A stretch of 64,000 nt of DNA from Vicugna vicugna (taxonomy: Eukaryota), in contig MU058478.1 of the NCBI GenBank assembly GCA_013265495.1, positions 452,032-516,031 on the forward strand, in the 5' to 3' direction. Positions 1-12,650 of this stretch are shown in pieces. Positions within the stretch are counted from its first letter, which is position 1, and every line of letters begins with the position of its first letter. The position numbers and the translations under genes were made by a program. Under the pieces are notes generated by a model, which did not search any database, was not told the DNA's origin, and worked only from the letters and a program-made list of their open reading frames with translations.

Positions 1-384
1 GAGGATGGGAAATCGGTGATTTATGCTACACGAGGGCCATATTGAATTACAATTATCACTGAAGTAGCGTGAGAGGAAGGGCAGGTGGAAATGAAGGTGA
101 CAGGAGCTCACATGGCCATCCTATGTCATTGCTAAGGGAAAAAAAAAATTAGAGCCTTCACATAGAAAAAGAGAAATGGAAAAAATTCTGAACATAAGGA
201 AGCTGGAGGAAATCCCAGAGGCTCTCACGGCAACTTTGAAAAAGTCGTCCGTCTCCCAGGTGGCTCTGAGGTAACTTCACCGATGTTCCAGATGCCACAT
301 CTTGGGTGATGCTCTTTCGCTAGTTTTGTGCATCACAAGAGCAACGATTTCCTGGTGAGATGTGCCCAGTTTACCTCACTTCTT

Positions 385-730
385 TAGGTCCATTTGCATT
401 TTCCATCTTTACTAATGGCATTGCCGTCTTGCATCACCCATCAGCGGAAAACCACAATTCCTTGAAAGCAAGCCTGCTCCCTTCACCATATAATTAATTA
501 AAAAGTTAATTAATATCAAGTGTATTGCTGGCCTGTGACACTTCATTAAACGCTTCCTTCCTGGACACACTGTCATTTATTTGAGTCGTTATTAATGGTC
601 TTTGAACATCAATTCTTTTTAATGTCAAAACTCGTCTTTAACCCGCACTGAATTAATTTTGCAGGTGAAGCTTCGTTCATCCAAAGGTTATTGAATTAAT
701 TATTGGTTAAATGCCATTGATCGTCTTCTG
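385..730. promoter_or_regulatory. Candidate conserved non-coding element/enhancer
   Basis: Repeat-free; dense TAATTA/ATTAAT homeodomain cores (491-514, about 650-659 and 692-703) and a CTTTGAA TCF-like site at about 600; conservation not tested. Confidence 0.35.
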
Positions 731-1020
731 ATACCTGGGCTGAGTTTGGTTTTGACTACCCTCAGACCCCAGATACTGGCATGGCAATCCAAAACTTACC
801 AGGCAACTTTCTGTCTTAGCTTTTACTATGTATATTTTTTACATTTTATATTTAATGTATGGAGCAAAGTACCCTTCATTCACAACATCTTTATTGAGAA
901 TTCCCACAACCTCCTTGACGTTACAGAATCTTAAACATCTTTTGTATATTTCCCTGTATTAAAATATGTAATATACTTAATAATACAGGTTTAATATCAT
1001 ATAAAATATGATATATATAG

Positions 1021-1137
1021 GGATGCTGAGGGCCGAGGGGGATATATATGTGCGTGGGAAGGGCTCTGTGCGAACTCTGTATTTTCTGCTCAGTTCTGCT
1101 GTGAACCTGAAACTGCTCTAAAAAATAAAGTCTATTA
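1021..1137 (+). mobile_element. Old L1 (L1MC/MD-like) 3' end
   Basis: 'gaactctgtattttctgctcagttctgctgtgaacctgaaactgctctaaaaaataaagtctatt' resembles the old L1 3' terminus and is followed by an A-rich tail. Confidence 0.8.
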
Positions 1138-1138
1138 A

Positions 1139-1193
<55 letters not shown>

Positions 1194-1196
1194 ATA
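1137..1196 (+). repeat. (TAAA)n microsatellite derived from the L1 tail
   Basis: Perfect TAAA array seen directly. Confidence 0.97.
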
Positions 1197-1394
1197 TAAA
1201 ATTATATATAAAAAATATATATATGTAATTTTATGTTGGTCCTCTTCCACAGGCTTTATATCTCTGGGAACTTGGGGTTGCGTTCTTCGTGGCCCCCACT
1301 TCTCCTCGGAGACAATACATCTTCCTTCTTGTTCAGTCCATCTGTACACCTCCAAACATCACCCCTCTATCTGCCATCTCTGTCCCCTGATTCC

Positions 1395-1560
1395 TTTTTA
1401 AAACTTTCTTTAAATCTTTATTTATTTATTTTTTTCTAGCAGGAGGTAATTAGGTTTCTTGGCTTGTTTATTTACTTTTATTTATTTATTCATTGATGCT
1501 TGACGGAGGGACTGGGGATGGAACCTGGGACCTCGTGCCACCGAGCTGTTACCCAACCCC
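1395..1560 (-). mobile_element. Vic-1-like camelid tRNA-derived SINE, internally deleted
   Basis: Reverse complement reads gggg..cagctcggtggcacgaggtcccaggttccatccccagtccctcc...aaacctaattacctcc plus an A-rich tail, matching the other copies in the window. Confidence 0.85.
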
Positions 1561-1849
1561 TCCCTTGTGCCTTTGAACGCCTTATCACGTTATGTTTGCT
1601 GCTGTCTTCGGGGCACGTGTCCCCTCACACCCCAAGCCTGGGGCAGGGGTGGATATGCCCCAAGTGGACCAGCCTGCACAGCGGACACCCTTTCCTGCTG
1701 CTTCCAAGGGCCCCCCTCCAGATGGAGCCGGTGCACGGCCACACTGCCAGGCTCAATCCAGTGCCTTCAACTCCTTCCTCCTTGCTTTTGCTCCCTGGGT
1801 TATCTCAGCCATCTTCCCACCTTGTATGGTCATCTGGTGTTGATCCCTG

Positions 1850-2872
1850 ATCCCTCTGTCTCCAGCATGTCTTCTTGGATGTCACAGGCAACCAACCATA
1901 ACATGCCCACAAGATAATTGTCCCCACCCACCCTCGACTCCGAACCCACTCTCACCCCCGTCTTCTCCAATTTAGTTCTCAGGAAGGGAAGGTCCCACCC
2001 ACTCAGCTATTGAAGCCCCAAGCAGGTAAGGAACCCTTCACACCTCTCTTTGTCTCAGCCATTTCTTCAAGAAGCCCAGTCACTTCAACACCTTAAGAAT
2101 ATCTAATTTGTTGTTATTCAAATCCATCCGCCACCATGTGTTTCCAAATACGCCACCATTTCTTGGTGAATTGCTCCAGTGGTCTTTTTTCTAGACCCTT
2201 GATTTCCTCTCCTGTCTCTTTCAAGTCTACCACCCACTTAGACAATGTACCAAAAGTTGTTTTCATCAATACTGTTGATGGTTGAACAGAACAGGGGTTA
2301 GTAAACAGGACGTGATTCTTCTACTGAAATCCTTTAAGGGTTATCATTCTATTAATATAGCCCAAAGCCTTCCCTGAGGCTTAGACGTTCCTGTGTTGTT
2401 TGAGTCTTGATAAGACTCATGAGCTCATCCAACCCATGTCCCTTTGCTTGGTGGACTCCTGCCATGTGCCCGGCTTGTGGAAGCATCTTCTCTGTCCCTT
2501 CAAAGCCTTCATCCCTGCCACTGTCTTTGAACAGAACATTTATCCTGCAGCCCTTCTCAAGGTCAGTCCCCTCTCATGCTTCAGATATTGGCTCAAAAGC
2601 CACATTGTCAAGAATCTCTTTTGCCAGTGTAGACCCCCCGCCCATTCTCTCTTATAGACTCTCTTTTTGGGTAAGGGGGCATATTCCACCAGCTGTAATT
2701 AAATTATGCATACTCTTCTGTTTGTATTATTTTTATTGTCTGCCACCTCCACAGAGCATGAAATTCATGAGGTCAGAGGTTACGTGTGCTAAATCTACTG
2801 TAGCATTCCTGGTACGAGGTGCGGGATTTGATGCACGGCCGATCCATATTAAATAATTGTTTAATAAATGCA
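1850..2872 (+). mobile_element. L2 LINE remnant, 3' region
   Basis: Degenerate L2-like motifs (tcttcttggatgtc..., catgaaattcatgaggtcagagg..., aaataattgtttaataaatg terminus). Confidence 0.65.
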
Positions 2873-3277
2873 GAGAAGTCCTGCAATTGTAATTCTAGAG
2901 ATGTGAAGGCTAAAATTCAGGGAAACTAAAGAAATATCATGTGCCGGCAACATTCTCTGCAGTTATGTAATTTTTATAATATTTTGGGGGTGAGGCATGG
3001 TTAATCCCATCTGAAACTGTGGGCCTTCGGGTTTGCTTTTTTGAGGAAATCAGGCACGTGCTCATCATTTTACATGGGTTCTCTCAAATTTTATGACCTG
3101 GGTTTGGTTATTTCCATTTTGTGGGGAAAGCCTTAAAAGGAGTCATGTTAATTATTCATGTTTATACGTAGTGAGGAAATTGCAGAATCAAGCATGGAGC
3201 ACTGGCATCGATGATTCCAAGCCCAAGCTTTTTGACATGACCTGGATTGTCCCCCACCTATGGGGAACCACCTGGAC

Positions 3278-3713
3278 TGTGTCGGTTTCCTAAGGCTCCT
3301 AAATAGGGTGGCAATACAAGAGAAATTAATTCTCTCACGGTTTTGTTGGCTACAAGTCCAAAATCAAAATGTCGGCCAGACCACACTCCCTCTGAAGGCT
3401 TCTAGGAAAGAATCCTTCTTTCTTCTCCCAGATCTGGTGTCTCCATGTGTTTCGTGGTTTACGATCGCATCACTCCAACCTCACGCTCCCCCATCCATGG
3501 CTGTCTTATGTCTGTGTTCTCCAAGTCTCTCTCTCTCATCGCAATCCCATCAGTTATTGGACTCAGCGCCCCACCCTAATCCAGTGTGACCTTATGTTCA
3601 CTTGATTCCTTGAGGATCTGCAAAGACCGTGTTTCCAAACAAGGTCATAGTCCCTGGTACTGGAAGTTAAGACTTCAGCATATCTTGTTGGAGGAACACA
3701 ATTCAACTGACAA
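3278..3713 (-). mobile_element. MaLR LTR (MLT1-like)
   Basis: Typical motifs: aattctctcacggtt, ctccctctgaaggcttctaggaaagaatccttc, ctgcaaagacc..tttccaaacaaggtca, acacaattcaac. Confidence 0.85.
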
Positions 3714-3720
3714 TGGACCC

Positions 3721-3900
3721 CTGCATGTCTTCCTTGGGGAAACGTCTATTTAGATGTGCTCTTTTATTGATTGGGTTGCTTGATTTTTATTTTTAATATT
3801 AAGCTGTAGGAGCCATTTGTATATTTTGGAAATTAACCCCTTGTCGAATACGTCATTTGCAGATATCTTCTCCCGTTCCATAGGTTGTCTTTTTGCTTTT
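3721..3900 (-). mobile_element. L1 ORF2 fragment
   Basis: Similar to the L1 at 58500-58690 in this window (atgtcttc..aaacgtctatttag..attaaccccttgtc..ccataggttgtctt). Confidence 0.9.
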
Positions 3901-5189
3901 AGCTAAAAATTTTTAGCTAACGAGGCAAGCGAAAGATTCAAGCAGTGCTGGTCCTCACTTCTCAAGGTGCTGCCCTTGGGACAAGGTCAGGATGCCAATA
4001 TCTGAAAATTCTCATTGACATGCCATAAAGGGAAGGGAAGAAAACTGAATGGAAAGCTTGCAGACTGGGGACAATTTAACGTAGGACTCTCCAAAATCAA
4101 AGCATAAAGAGACCTTGGAAACACTCAGGTTCTCAGCAAGAGAAAGAGGGCTAAGATTTACTTACATTAAGTGAACGAAATGACCCAAAGCATGAGGCAA
4201 CCTTCTGCAGGAACAGGAAGCCCCACAAGGAGATGGCATCACCATAAGGCAGGACATTCATCTAAATCTCCAGAGGATTCCAAACCCACTTTTCTTACAA
4301 ATGATGAAGAAAGCTGCGGAGAACTGCTCACCCGTCCACCCATCCTTGACAATTATCGCGTCCTGGAGTTGGTGCCTAACTGCCAAAGTTGTAACTGGGA
4401 GAAGAAGACATTTCAGCAAAATGAGGAGAGATCGTATTCAAGGAAGTAAAATGTCAAGAAGGAGCTGCCAACAGTAAGTTTGAACAAGATGAAAAGAAGC
4501 AGGCCCTTAATTATGCACATATATTACAGCCCAGAATGAGAGCCGCTTAGCAGGCACACAGAAATTACACAACCCAGTCTGGAAAAAAATGCATTCCCAG
4601 TCAAAGGAGAAGAGTTTCAGTAAGTCCTTTTCAGTTTAGAAGTTCTTAAAAAATGTGCATTACATAAAGGCAAAGGTGGGAAGTTAGAGCAGCCAAAGAA
4701 AATTTAAAGGGAAATTATAGTGGTAAGAAAATCTTTGGAGATTCAAACAAACCATGAGTAGAAATAATGGAGAAACGCTGAGACAGACTCTAGACAAAAG
4801 CTGAAAATCCAAGTTAATCCGGTGATTTGAGTTAATTTCACTGATTAAGAGAAATAAAAGATGGAAAACGAGGGAGAAAATATTTTCAATGGAAGACAAG
4901 TTGAATCCACTTTAAATTTGTTCTGAAATAATAAAACCGATGAATACGAGATAATATGCTTTTTGAAGAGCATCTCTCTGCTCAGCTCTGCTGACACTGC
5001 TGGCTTCCACTGATGGGGGAATGAATGCTCATTCTTGCTGATACATGAGGACTTTACAGTTAGTAACATTTATAACTATGATAAAAAAAAACAAAAAACC
5101 TCATTCTTGTAAGGAGGAAGGTAGGGAAGAAGGTGGCAGCGAGAGTTGGGAGGTAGAGAAAGTCGGTGGGGGTGGAGCAACGCCAGAAA

Positions 5190-5310
5190 CAAGGACCTTG
5201 GAATCAGATGGATCCAGATTTGAATCCAGCGTCACTGATGTTTGTATATTTTTTATCATCCCCTCCAGTTCAATGTCTTCATTTGTACAATAAGAATAAT
5301 ATTATAAGTC
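5190..5310 (+). mobile_element. MIR SINE fragment
   Basis: ggaccttggaatcagat..gatttgaatccagc..cttcatttgtacaataagaataat resembles the MIR core. Confidence 0.65.
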
Positions 5311-6749
5311 ATTTTGCATGTAGCAATGTTTTCTTTCCCCAAAGCGTGCTCTCACCATGAATTCTCTGTTGTGTGATGGAAGAAATGGTTTCCCGTCGAT
5401 TCAGGGACCTGCTTCCACTCCACCTCCATCCTCCACCTCCAGTCGGTCCTACGATGGGGCAAAAATGCTTGGCAACAGCTCTCCTTGGAAACCAGCGCCA
5501 CAGAAGACGGGAGACCATGAATATGCATCTTCCTAAAATATGCAAATTGCACCACACATAAATCCCTTCCCAAGACCCTCCCCCTGATCAGTCTGGGGGA
5601 TGAAAAACATCTTGTGTTTTACACTACGTTTGTGCCCTGCAAAAATATGCAACTCAGTAGAAAAATGAATGCTGCAAAACCCTTCCTTTCACAGTTCCCT
5701 CATGCTGTCCAGGAGGCTTTATCGCAGAACTGATCATAAAAGCAGAGCGAGGCTCATTTCCAGTAACTTAATGAGTTTTCCCAGCTGCTATATGAGCAAA
5801 GTATCCTTAAATAGGAAGATAGAGTTGCTTTGAAAACGGGCTGATTTTTATCTTCTGACTTCGTCGTCTGCAGTTCACACCAACCCATTTTCTCAGACGC
5901 TGCCTTTATGGCGTGTAAATGATGCCCATTGAAAAGGCACGTTCGCTCAGAGGGCCACTGGCTTTCTCGTGTCTAAACAAGCCATCCTGCGTCTAATCTT
6001 GTGGCGGTTCTGCAGCCACCTGCAGGTCACCCCACAAAGCCACAGTTGCTACATTATTACCAGTCGCGAGGGTGATTTTTCAAAAGCTGTACTTCTGTAA
6101 CCATCTCCTTCCCTTACAAATGCCCAAGCATAAAGAGGGGAACAATCAATACTCCAGGCTATAACAAAACCTTAGTTTGCTCATTGTGAATGTCAATGTG
6201 CATAGATTGCTGCGATAAAATTGGCATTTTAATTATAGACTGCAAAAGGAAAAAAAGGCCGTATTCCATCGACCATTTCCAAGGCTTGGCGTTTAAATGG
6301 CGTGGCACGTGGAGTGGCCCCATCCATCATTCCTGGAGGTTCGATGATCTTGGATGGATGTGGAAATGTGCGCTTTGAAATAATCAGTTTAACTGTCATG
6401 AAGACTTTTAAAACCCATTTCCAGCTCCGTTTACATATTAAAATGTGTTTACTGAGGTTTGGGATTATTTCAAGTGTGAGAGAAAAAGGCCCGGCGATAG
6501 ATTAAAACTCTATTAAGCAAAGATGTAAAGGGAACAAACTGGAATATTTGGGCTGAAGATGTCTGGGCTAAATAAACATGATTCGTATGGCAGATGGAAA
6601 TAAATGAAGAAACTCTGTTCAGCCTTCAATTCATTAAGATGTACTTGAGAAAACAAATGATACTCAAAAAATATGTGTATGTCTCCATCGTGAATGCACT
6701 GATTGTGAAATTTAAGTTCGATGTCCGTAGTACCCCTTCAGAGTCATTT

Positions 6750-6945
6750 ATCCAGCTTCATTTTTTCTTTCTTCAGTAATGCTTTGGCAATTCTCAGTCT
6801 TTTATGATTCCATATAAATGTTAGGATTATCTGTTCAAGTCCTGTGAAAATATCCTGAATAATTTGATAGGGGTCGCATTAAATCTATAGATTGCTTTTG
6901 GCAGAATGGTCATTTTGCCAACATTAATTCTTCCAATACAAGAAA
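6750..6945 (-). mobile_element. L1 ORF2 fragment
   Basis: ttccatataaatgttaggatt...gcattaaatctatagattgctttt...attaattcttccaat is antisense L1 RT-region sequence. Confidence 0.85.
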
Positions 6946-8628
6946 TATCGCAGATACTCATCTTTCTTGCCAATTTTTTTTTATAAATAGCTGTTTTATT
7001 TGCTGTTTGCTCTTAAGAGAAACTTCAAGATGTTTTAAATAATTCGTGTATTTTTTTTTTAAATAATTCATCCAGTTTTCAATGGGAAGGGAATCCCAGA
7101 GCTCCTCACGCTACAAAGTCAGTCTTACGACTTGGGTGACTCTTTCACAGGTACGTTGTTGACGATGAATGTCAACATTGACAGTGTCATTGTCTAAGAT
7201 TCTTAGACATCAAGGAGATGCCGGAGTGTGGAAATTCCAGGAGTCTCACCAGTGGGCGGACACTGTGAGGGACACCAGGCTCTCCCGCAGTCCCAGAACC
7301 ACACGGCAATGTGTGACCACACATATTCCTGGCACAGTCAGCTCTAGTTTTGTTTCTTCTCCCATGAACCAAATTAAATAGTTAGACTTTGCACTGAAAT
7401 TGCTAAAGTGATGGATAAACAGCACGCTAAATGGAAATGCATGTTCATTTACAGGGAAGGGATATAAATGTGCGACGTGCCAGACACAAGACATAGCGTT
7501 TCCAAATCTCAGTTTTACAAAGCTAGTCTGAAGCAGTTAATGATTTTCATAACGAAATGCATTTCAGTCTATCATAAGCCATTTCGTCTTTCCATTTGTT
7601 AATTTTCACTTGCTACGTGTGCTCAGTGCTCCAACTTTATCATTGTCTCATGATACCAAATTGTATACATCATGAAGAAGAAGTAAAGTGCGCTAATGAA
7701 TTCCTCAGCGGATTTTATTATGAACTGTGATTTCATAATATATTCTTAACACATCCTTCCTGCTGAAGGACTTGTCAAGTTAACAATAACTCAGACTTAC
7801 ATTCTGTTCTTACCATCTATTAATATTAACTTAGTGAATAAGTCCTATCACTTCACATTTAAACTAATGAAAAAAAGGGGTCTGGTATCAACTCTGCGGA
7901 AAAAAAAATATTGAGATTCTAAATGGTGCTACTTATGTTCCAAAAAGTAGCCAGGATTTGAAATCTAACATTAAGCCACTTGAGGCAAACTTTCAGGCAG
8001 TGAGAAAATGAATCTGGGAACCACAGGAAAACAACTGGAGGTAAATATTTAATATTTTTAAGTGCTGTTCTTGACCTAGCTCTCAAGACATCACCTCTAG
8101 GAGAGAGAAGCAGGTCCTAAAATCAAGGCAGACCTCCAGCACAGTGGGAAAGCATTATTATTTAAGGCTACTGGGGCACCTGCATTAAACCTAAAAAAAT
8201 AATTTAAAAGCGTTGCCTCTGGAAGGTATGAAAAATTTTGGGGGAGACAGAACAAAATCTCTGCTTTTTCTGATAGGTCCATCTGGAGATATTTGACATG
8301 CTGTATGCAGGGGCTACCTTAACATACATTTTAAAATAAAAACAATAAAAGGGCAATGTGGTAGACTACGTTTTTGCCAGATCGAGCAGGTGTTCCCACG
8401 CTTCTAAGTAGCAGACATGCTCCCGTGTTTCCCAATGTTCCATTTGCTGAATATTAGGGGAATTTAAGACATCTGATTTGAGTCAAGTGTAAATTGGGGC
8501 TTTGATTTTTGCCTTTTAGTTTTACTACGAGCAGTGTATTAATAATGTAATAATGCTTAGTTTTAAACCCTGATCGTAAAAGTGCAAAAATAGAAAATGA
8601 AAAACCAATCCCAATTGGGATTACAGTG

Positions 8629-8629
<1 letters not shown>

Positions 8630-8654
<25 letters not shown>
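8630..8654 (+). repeat. (CA)n microsatellite
   Basis: Seen directly. Confidence 0.95.
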
Positions 8655-8659
<5 letters not shown>

Positions 8660-9746
8660 CTAAATTAAAATATAAGAAAATTAAATTTGGCAGTGTATTA
8701 AAAAATCATCTACCAAGACTCAGTAGGATTTAGGCTGATGCTGCAAAGCTAACATTGTATTTGGGAATCTATTTCCATAATGCATCAAACAAGTTATTCA
8801 ATGCAATTAAATATACTCTCTAATTAAAAAATCTAATAAGCAACTATCATTCAAAGGTGGAACACAAGGATATTTCCTTTTCATAATAAGGAACATATAT
8901 ATATATTTTTTTTTCTTTCACAAAATCCTGGACATAATACTTTAACAGTTTAGCACCACTAATGACCATTAGCATCATTTTTATTTTAAATGCTTCTAAA
9001 ATATGTAGACAGTTAATAAGATATGAAATGAACAGAAAGAATGGGAAGTAACAGACTAAAAATGCAAACGTTTACCTGCAAAATGAGAAAATTCACTAAA
9101 CTATTTACTAGAACTTAAGTGAAAAAAACGTGCTAAATATAAAAATTATTTTAAATCAGGGCTAAGCACCTGCAAGTGCTCGTTTACTAGACTTAATTCC
9201 CCAATTTAATATTTTATTATTATAGTTCTCAAAGGTCAGTATTTTATTTTTATAGTTCTAGTCATTTTGTTTTTCAAGTCAGCATCAGAAAAATCCATGC
9301 AAATGCTATAATCCTTTATGTTTTTAATGAAGCTACCTGGGGTTACTTGTTAATAAGATTTTTTTTTTTAATCCTCAGTAGTGGCTGCATTTGGTTGCAT
9401 TTTCTAAGCTGTCCTTTCAATCTCAGTAATGCAAATTCTTTGAGGTTCTGTAGCTCAAACTTTTACAACATTTCTAAACATTTTATGAATACATCTCAAA
9501 TTGCAGAATCAAATACCCTTTTCCCCTCATAACACCTCCTCTCCTTTTTCCAGGGTGTAAGATGCTGGAGTTTTGCTGTTGAAATGTTTCATGACCCCTC
9601 ATGTAATAAACACTCTAATGTAAACATGCTCCAGAAACTTATATGTTCTATCTCTGCTAGTACAGACACACAATTAACTAAAACCATGACCTGCCTTTGC
9701 AAAGGCCGCCTTTAAAAGGATGAAGTAAAAATAAAATCTGTCTACA

Positions 9747-10503
9747 GACAAATGATGGATAAAGAAGCTGTGGTGTATTTATGCAATGGAATACTACTCA
9801 GCCATAAAAAATGACAAGGTAACGCCATTTGCAGAAACATGGGTGCACTGGGATGTCGTCATTCTAAGTGAAGTCACCCAGAAAGAGAAAGAAAAATGCC
9901 ATATGAGATCACTCATATATGCAATCTAAAAAAAAAGACACAAATTAACTTATTTACAAAACAGAAACAGAATGACAAATGATGGATAAAGAAGCTGTGG
10001 TGTACTTATGCAATGGAATACTACTCAGCCATAAAAAATGACAAGATAACGCCATTTGCAGCAACATGGGTGCACCGGGAGGTCGTCATTCTAAGTGAAG
10101 TCATCCAGAAAGAGAAAGAAAGATGCCATGTGAGATCACTCATATGTGTAATCTAAAAAAAGACACAAATTAACTTATTTACAAAACAGAAACAGACTCA
10201 CAGACATAGAAAACAAACTTATGGTTACCACGGGGTGGATGGGGCAGGAAGGGATAAATTGGGAGTCTGAGATTTGCAGATACTAATGTATATAAAATGG
10301 ATAAACAGCACGTTTCTGCTGCACAGCACAGGGAACTATATTCAATATCTTGTAGTAACTTATGGTGAAAAAGAATATGAAAATGAACGTATGTGTATTC
10401 ATGTATGACTGAGGCACTGTGCTGTGCACCAGAAATTGACACAACATTGTAAATTGCCTATACCTCAATAAATACATATATATACCAAAAAAAAAAAGAA
10501 AAA
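9747..10503 (+). mobile_element. Relatively young camelid-type L1 3' end, 5'-truncated, with an internal 227-bp tandem duplication
   Basis: ORF2-end/3' UTR motifs (aatggaatactactcagccataaaaa, agaaattgacacaacattgtaaa), AATAAA and a poly-A tail at about 10487-10503. Confidence 0.93.
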
Positions 10504-10668
10504 TGGCAAAATGTTGGTAAGTAGATTTTTTTGTCATGTGAATATTTTTAAAACAGAAAAGCCATAAAGAGCAACATTGTGGCAGCCTCAGGTGTGAGGA
10601 AGGAAAACATGCATCAAAACCAACGGTCTCAAAACGGAGAGGATGCTCTACCGCAGGGGTTCGGTTCG

Positions 10669-11466
10669 NNNNNNNNNNNNNNNNNNNNNNNNNNNNNNNN
10701 NNNNNNNNNNNNNNNNNNNNNNNNNNNNNNNNNNNNNNNNNNNNNNNNNNNNNNNNNNNNNNNNNNNNNNNNNNNNNNNNNNNNNNNNNNNNNNNNNNNN
10801 NNNNNNNNNNNNNNNNNNNNNNNNNNNNNNNNNNNNNNNNNNNNNNNNNNNNNNNNNNNNNNNNNNNNNNNNNNNNNNNNNNNNNNNNNNNNNNNNNNNN
10901 NNNNNNNNNNNNNNNNNNNNNNNNNNNNNNNNNNNNNNNNNNNNNNNNNNNNNNNNNNNNNNNNNNNNNNNNNNNNNNNNNNNNNNNNNNNNNNNNNNNN
11001 NNNNNNNNNNNNNNNNNNNNNNNNNNNNNNNNNNNNNNNNNNNNNNNNNNNNNNNNNNNNNNNNNNNNNNNNNNNNNNNNNNNNNNNNNNNNNNNNNNNN
11101 NNNNNNNNNNNNNNNNNNNNNNNNNNNNNNNNNNNNNNNNNNNNNNNNNNNNNNNNNNNNNNNNNNNNNNNNNNNNNNNNNNNNNNNNNNNNNNNNNNNN
11201 NNNNNNNNNNNNNNNNNNNNNNNNNNNNNNNNNNNNNNNNNNNNNNNNNNNNNNNNNNNNNNNNNNNNNNNNNNNNNNNNNNNNNNNNNNNNNNNNNNNN
11301 NNNNNNNNNNNNNNNNNNNNNNNNNNNNNNNNNNNNNNNNNNNNNNNNNNNNNNNNNNNNNNNNNNNNNNNNNNNNNNNNNNNNNNNNNNNNNNNNNNNN
11401 NNNNNNNNNNNNNNNNNNNNNNNNNNNNNNNNNNNNNNNNNNNNNNNNNNNNNNNNNNNNNNNNNN
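10669..11466. other. Assembly gap (N run)
   Basis: 798 N. Confidence 1.
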
Positions 11467-11969
11467 TGTTCCCACCGCTCGGCCTGCAGCCTGCAGCCCC
11501 TGCGGGAAACCAGCACACCTCTGTGTGTGTGTGGCCTTCGGACTCTCCCAGCACCCTCACGTCCTCTAAATCAGGCAAATGCGACGTATTTCTCTCTAAC
11601 CTAAGTTTATAGTGTGTGTAGCCACAGACACAATTCTCAGACCAGTCTTTTAAAGCAAAATTCCTCTTCTAAAATCCTCTATGCATGGTGATGGCATTCT
11701 TTCCATACAAAAGAGCCATCCATTGGACTCTGCTGATTTGAAAATAGGGTGTTCAGGTGGTAGGGTAAGAAGAAAGATCTCTAGATTCCAACATTCACAC
11801 TTTTGTGCAAATTCCACTGTGTAAAGAGGATAATGGTATTTGCATCACAGAGTGTTTTTGAAACCACTGTCTTGAGGCGGGGTTCACATACAAAGAGCTT
11901 TTCACATCCATTTATAGAACTTAGTACATTTCGAGACACGCATCCACATATAAAACTACCGCCGCATTC

Positions 11970-12650
11970 TATGCCACACACGTATCCATCACCTCCAAAA
12001 GTCTCCTCTTGCCTTCTTGATTTCTTATTATTTTTTGCAATAAAAATATTTCACGTAAGACCTACTCTCTCAGCGAACTTGTAAGTATAGTTTACAATAT
12101 TGTTCACTCCAGGCTCCATGCTGCACGGTGGATCTCCAAGACTTATTCACCTTGTGTAACTGAAACTTTGCCATCTTCAGCTAATTAATCTTCATTTCCC
12201 CCCAACAATCACCATTCTTTTGTCTGCTTTTTAGAGTCTGGCTGTCCTATATTACCTGTGAGCTCATGTATTACTTGTCCTTCTGTGTGTGACTTATTCC
12301 ACTCAGTATAATGTCCTCCAAGTTCATCCATGTTGACGCAAATGGCCCAATTCCCTTCCTTTTTCAAGGCCGAGTAATATTCCACTATGAGTATCGTCCA
12401 CATTTTCTTTATCCATTCCCAGCTGTAGGTGGACTCTTAGATTATTCCCATACCTCAGTTAGCATGATTAATGCTGCAAAGAACACGATCCTTCTTTGAG
12501 CTCTTGATTTCAATTTCTTTGGAGGTGTACCCAGAAATAGGATTTTTCGATCATATTCAGTGGTAGCTGTATTTTTAATATTTCAAGTGCCCTCCGTACT
12601 ATTTTTCCTTAGTGGCTGCGTCCATTTACATTCCCAATATTGCAGAGTTC
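11970..12650 (-). mobile_element. L1MA-type 3' fragment
   Basis: gacttattccactcagtataatgtcctccaagttcatccatgttg, ccatttacattccca and an L1MA-like 3' UTR. Confidence 0.85.

Noticed and set aside
921..1355. 144-aa ORF with YLFI repeats
   Set aside because: Translation of the (TAAA)n microsatellite and an antisense L1 end
10283..11604. ORFs of 275-431 aa
   Set aside because: Artefacts of translating through the N gap
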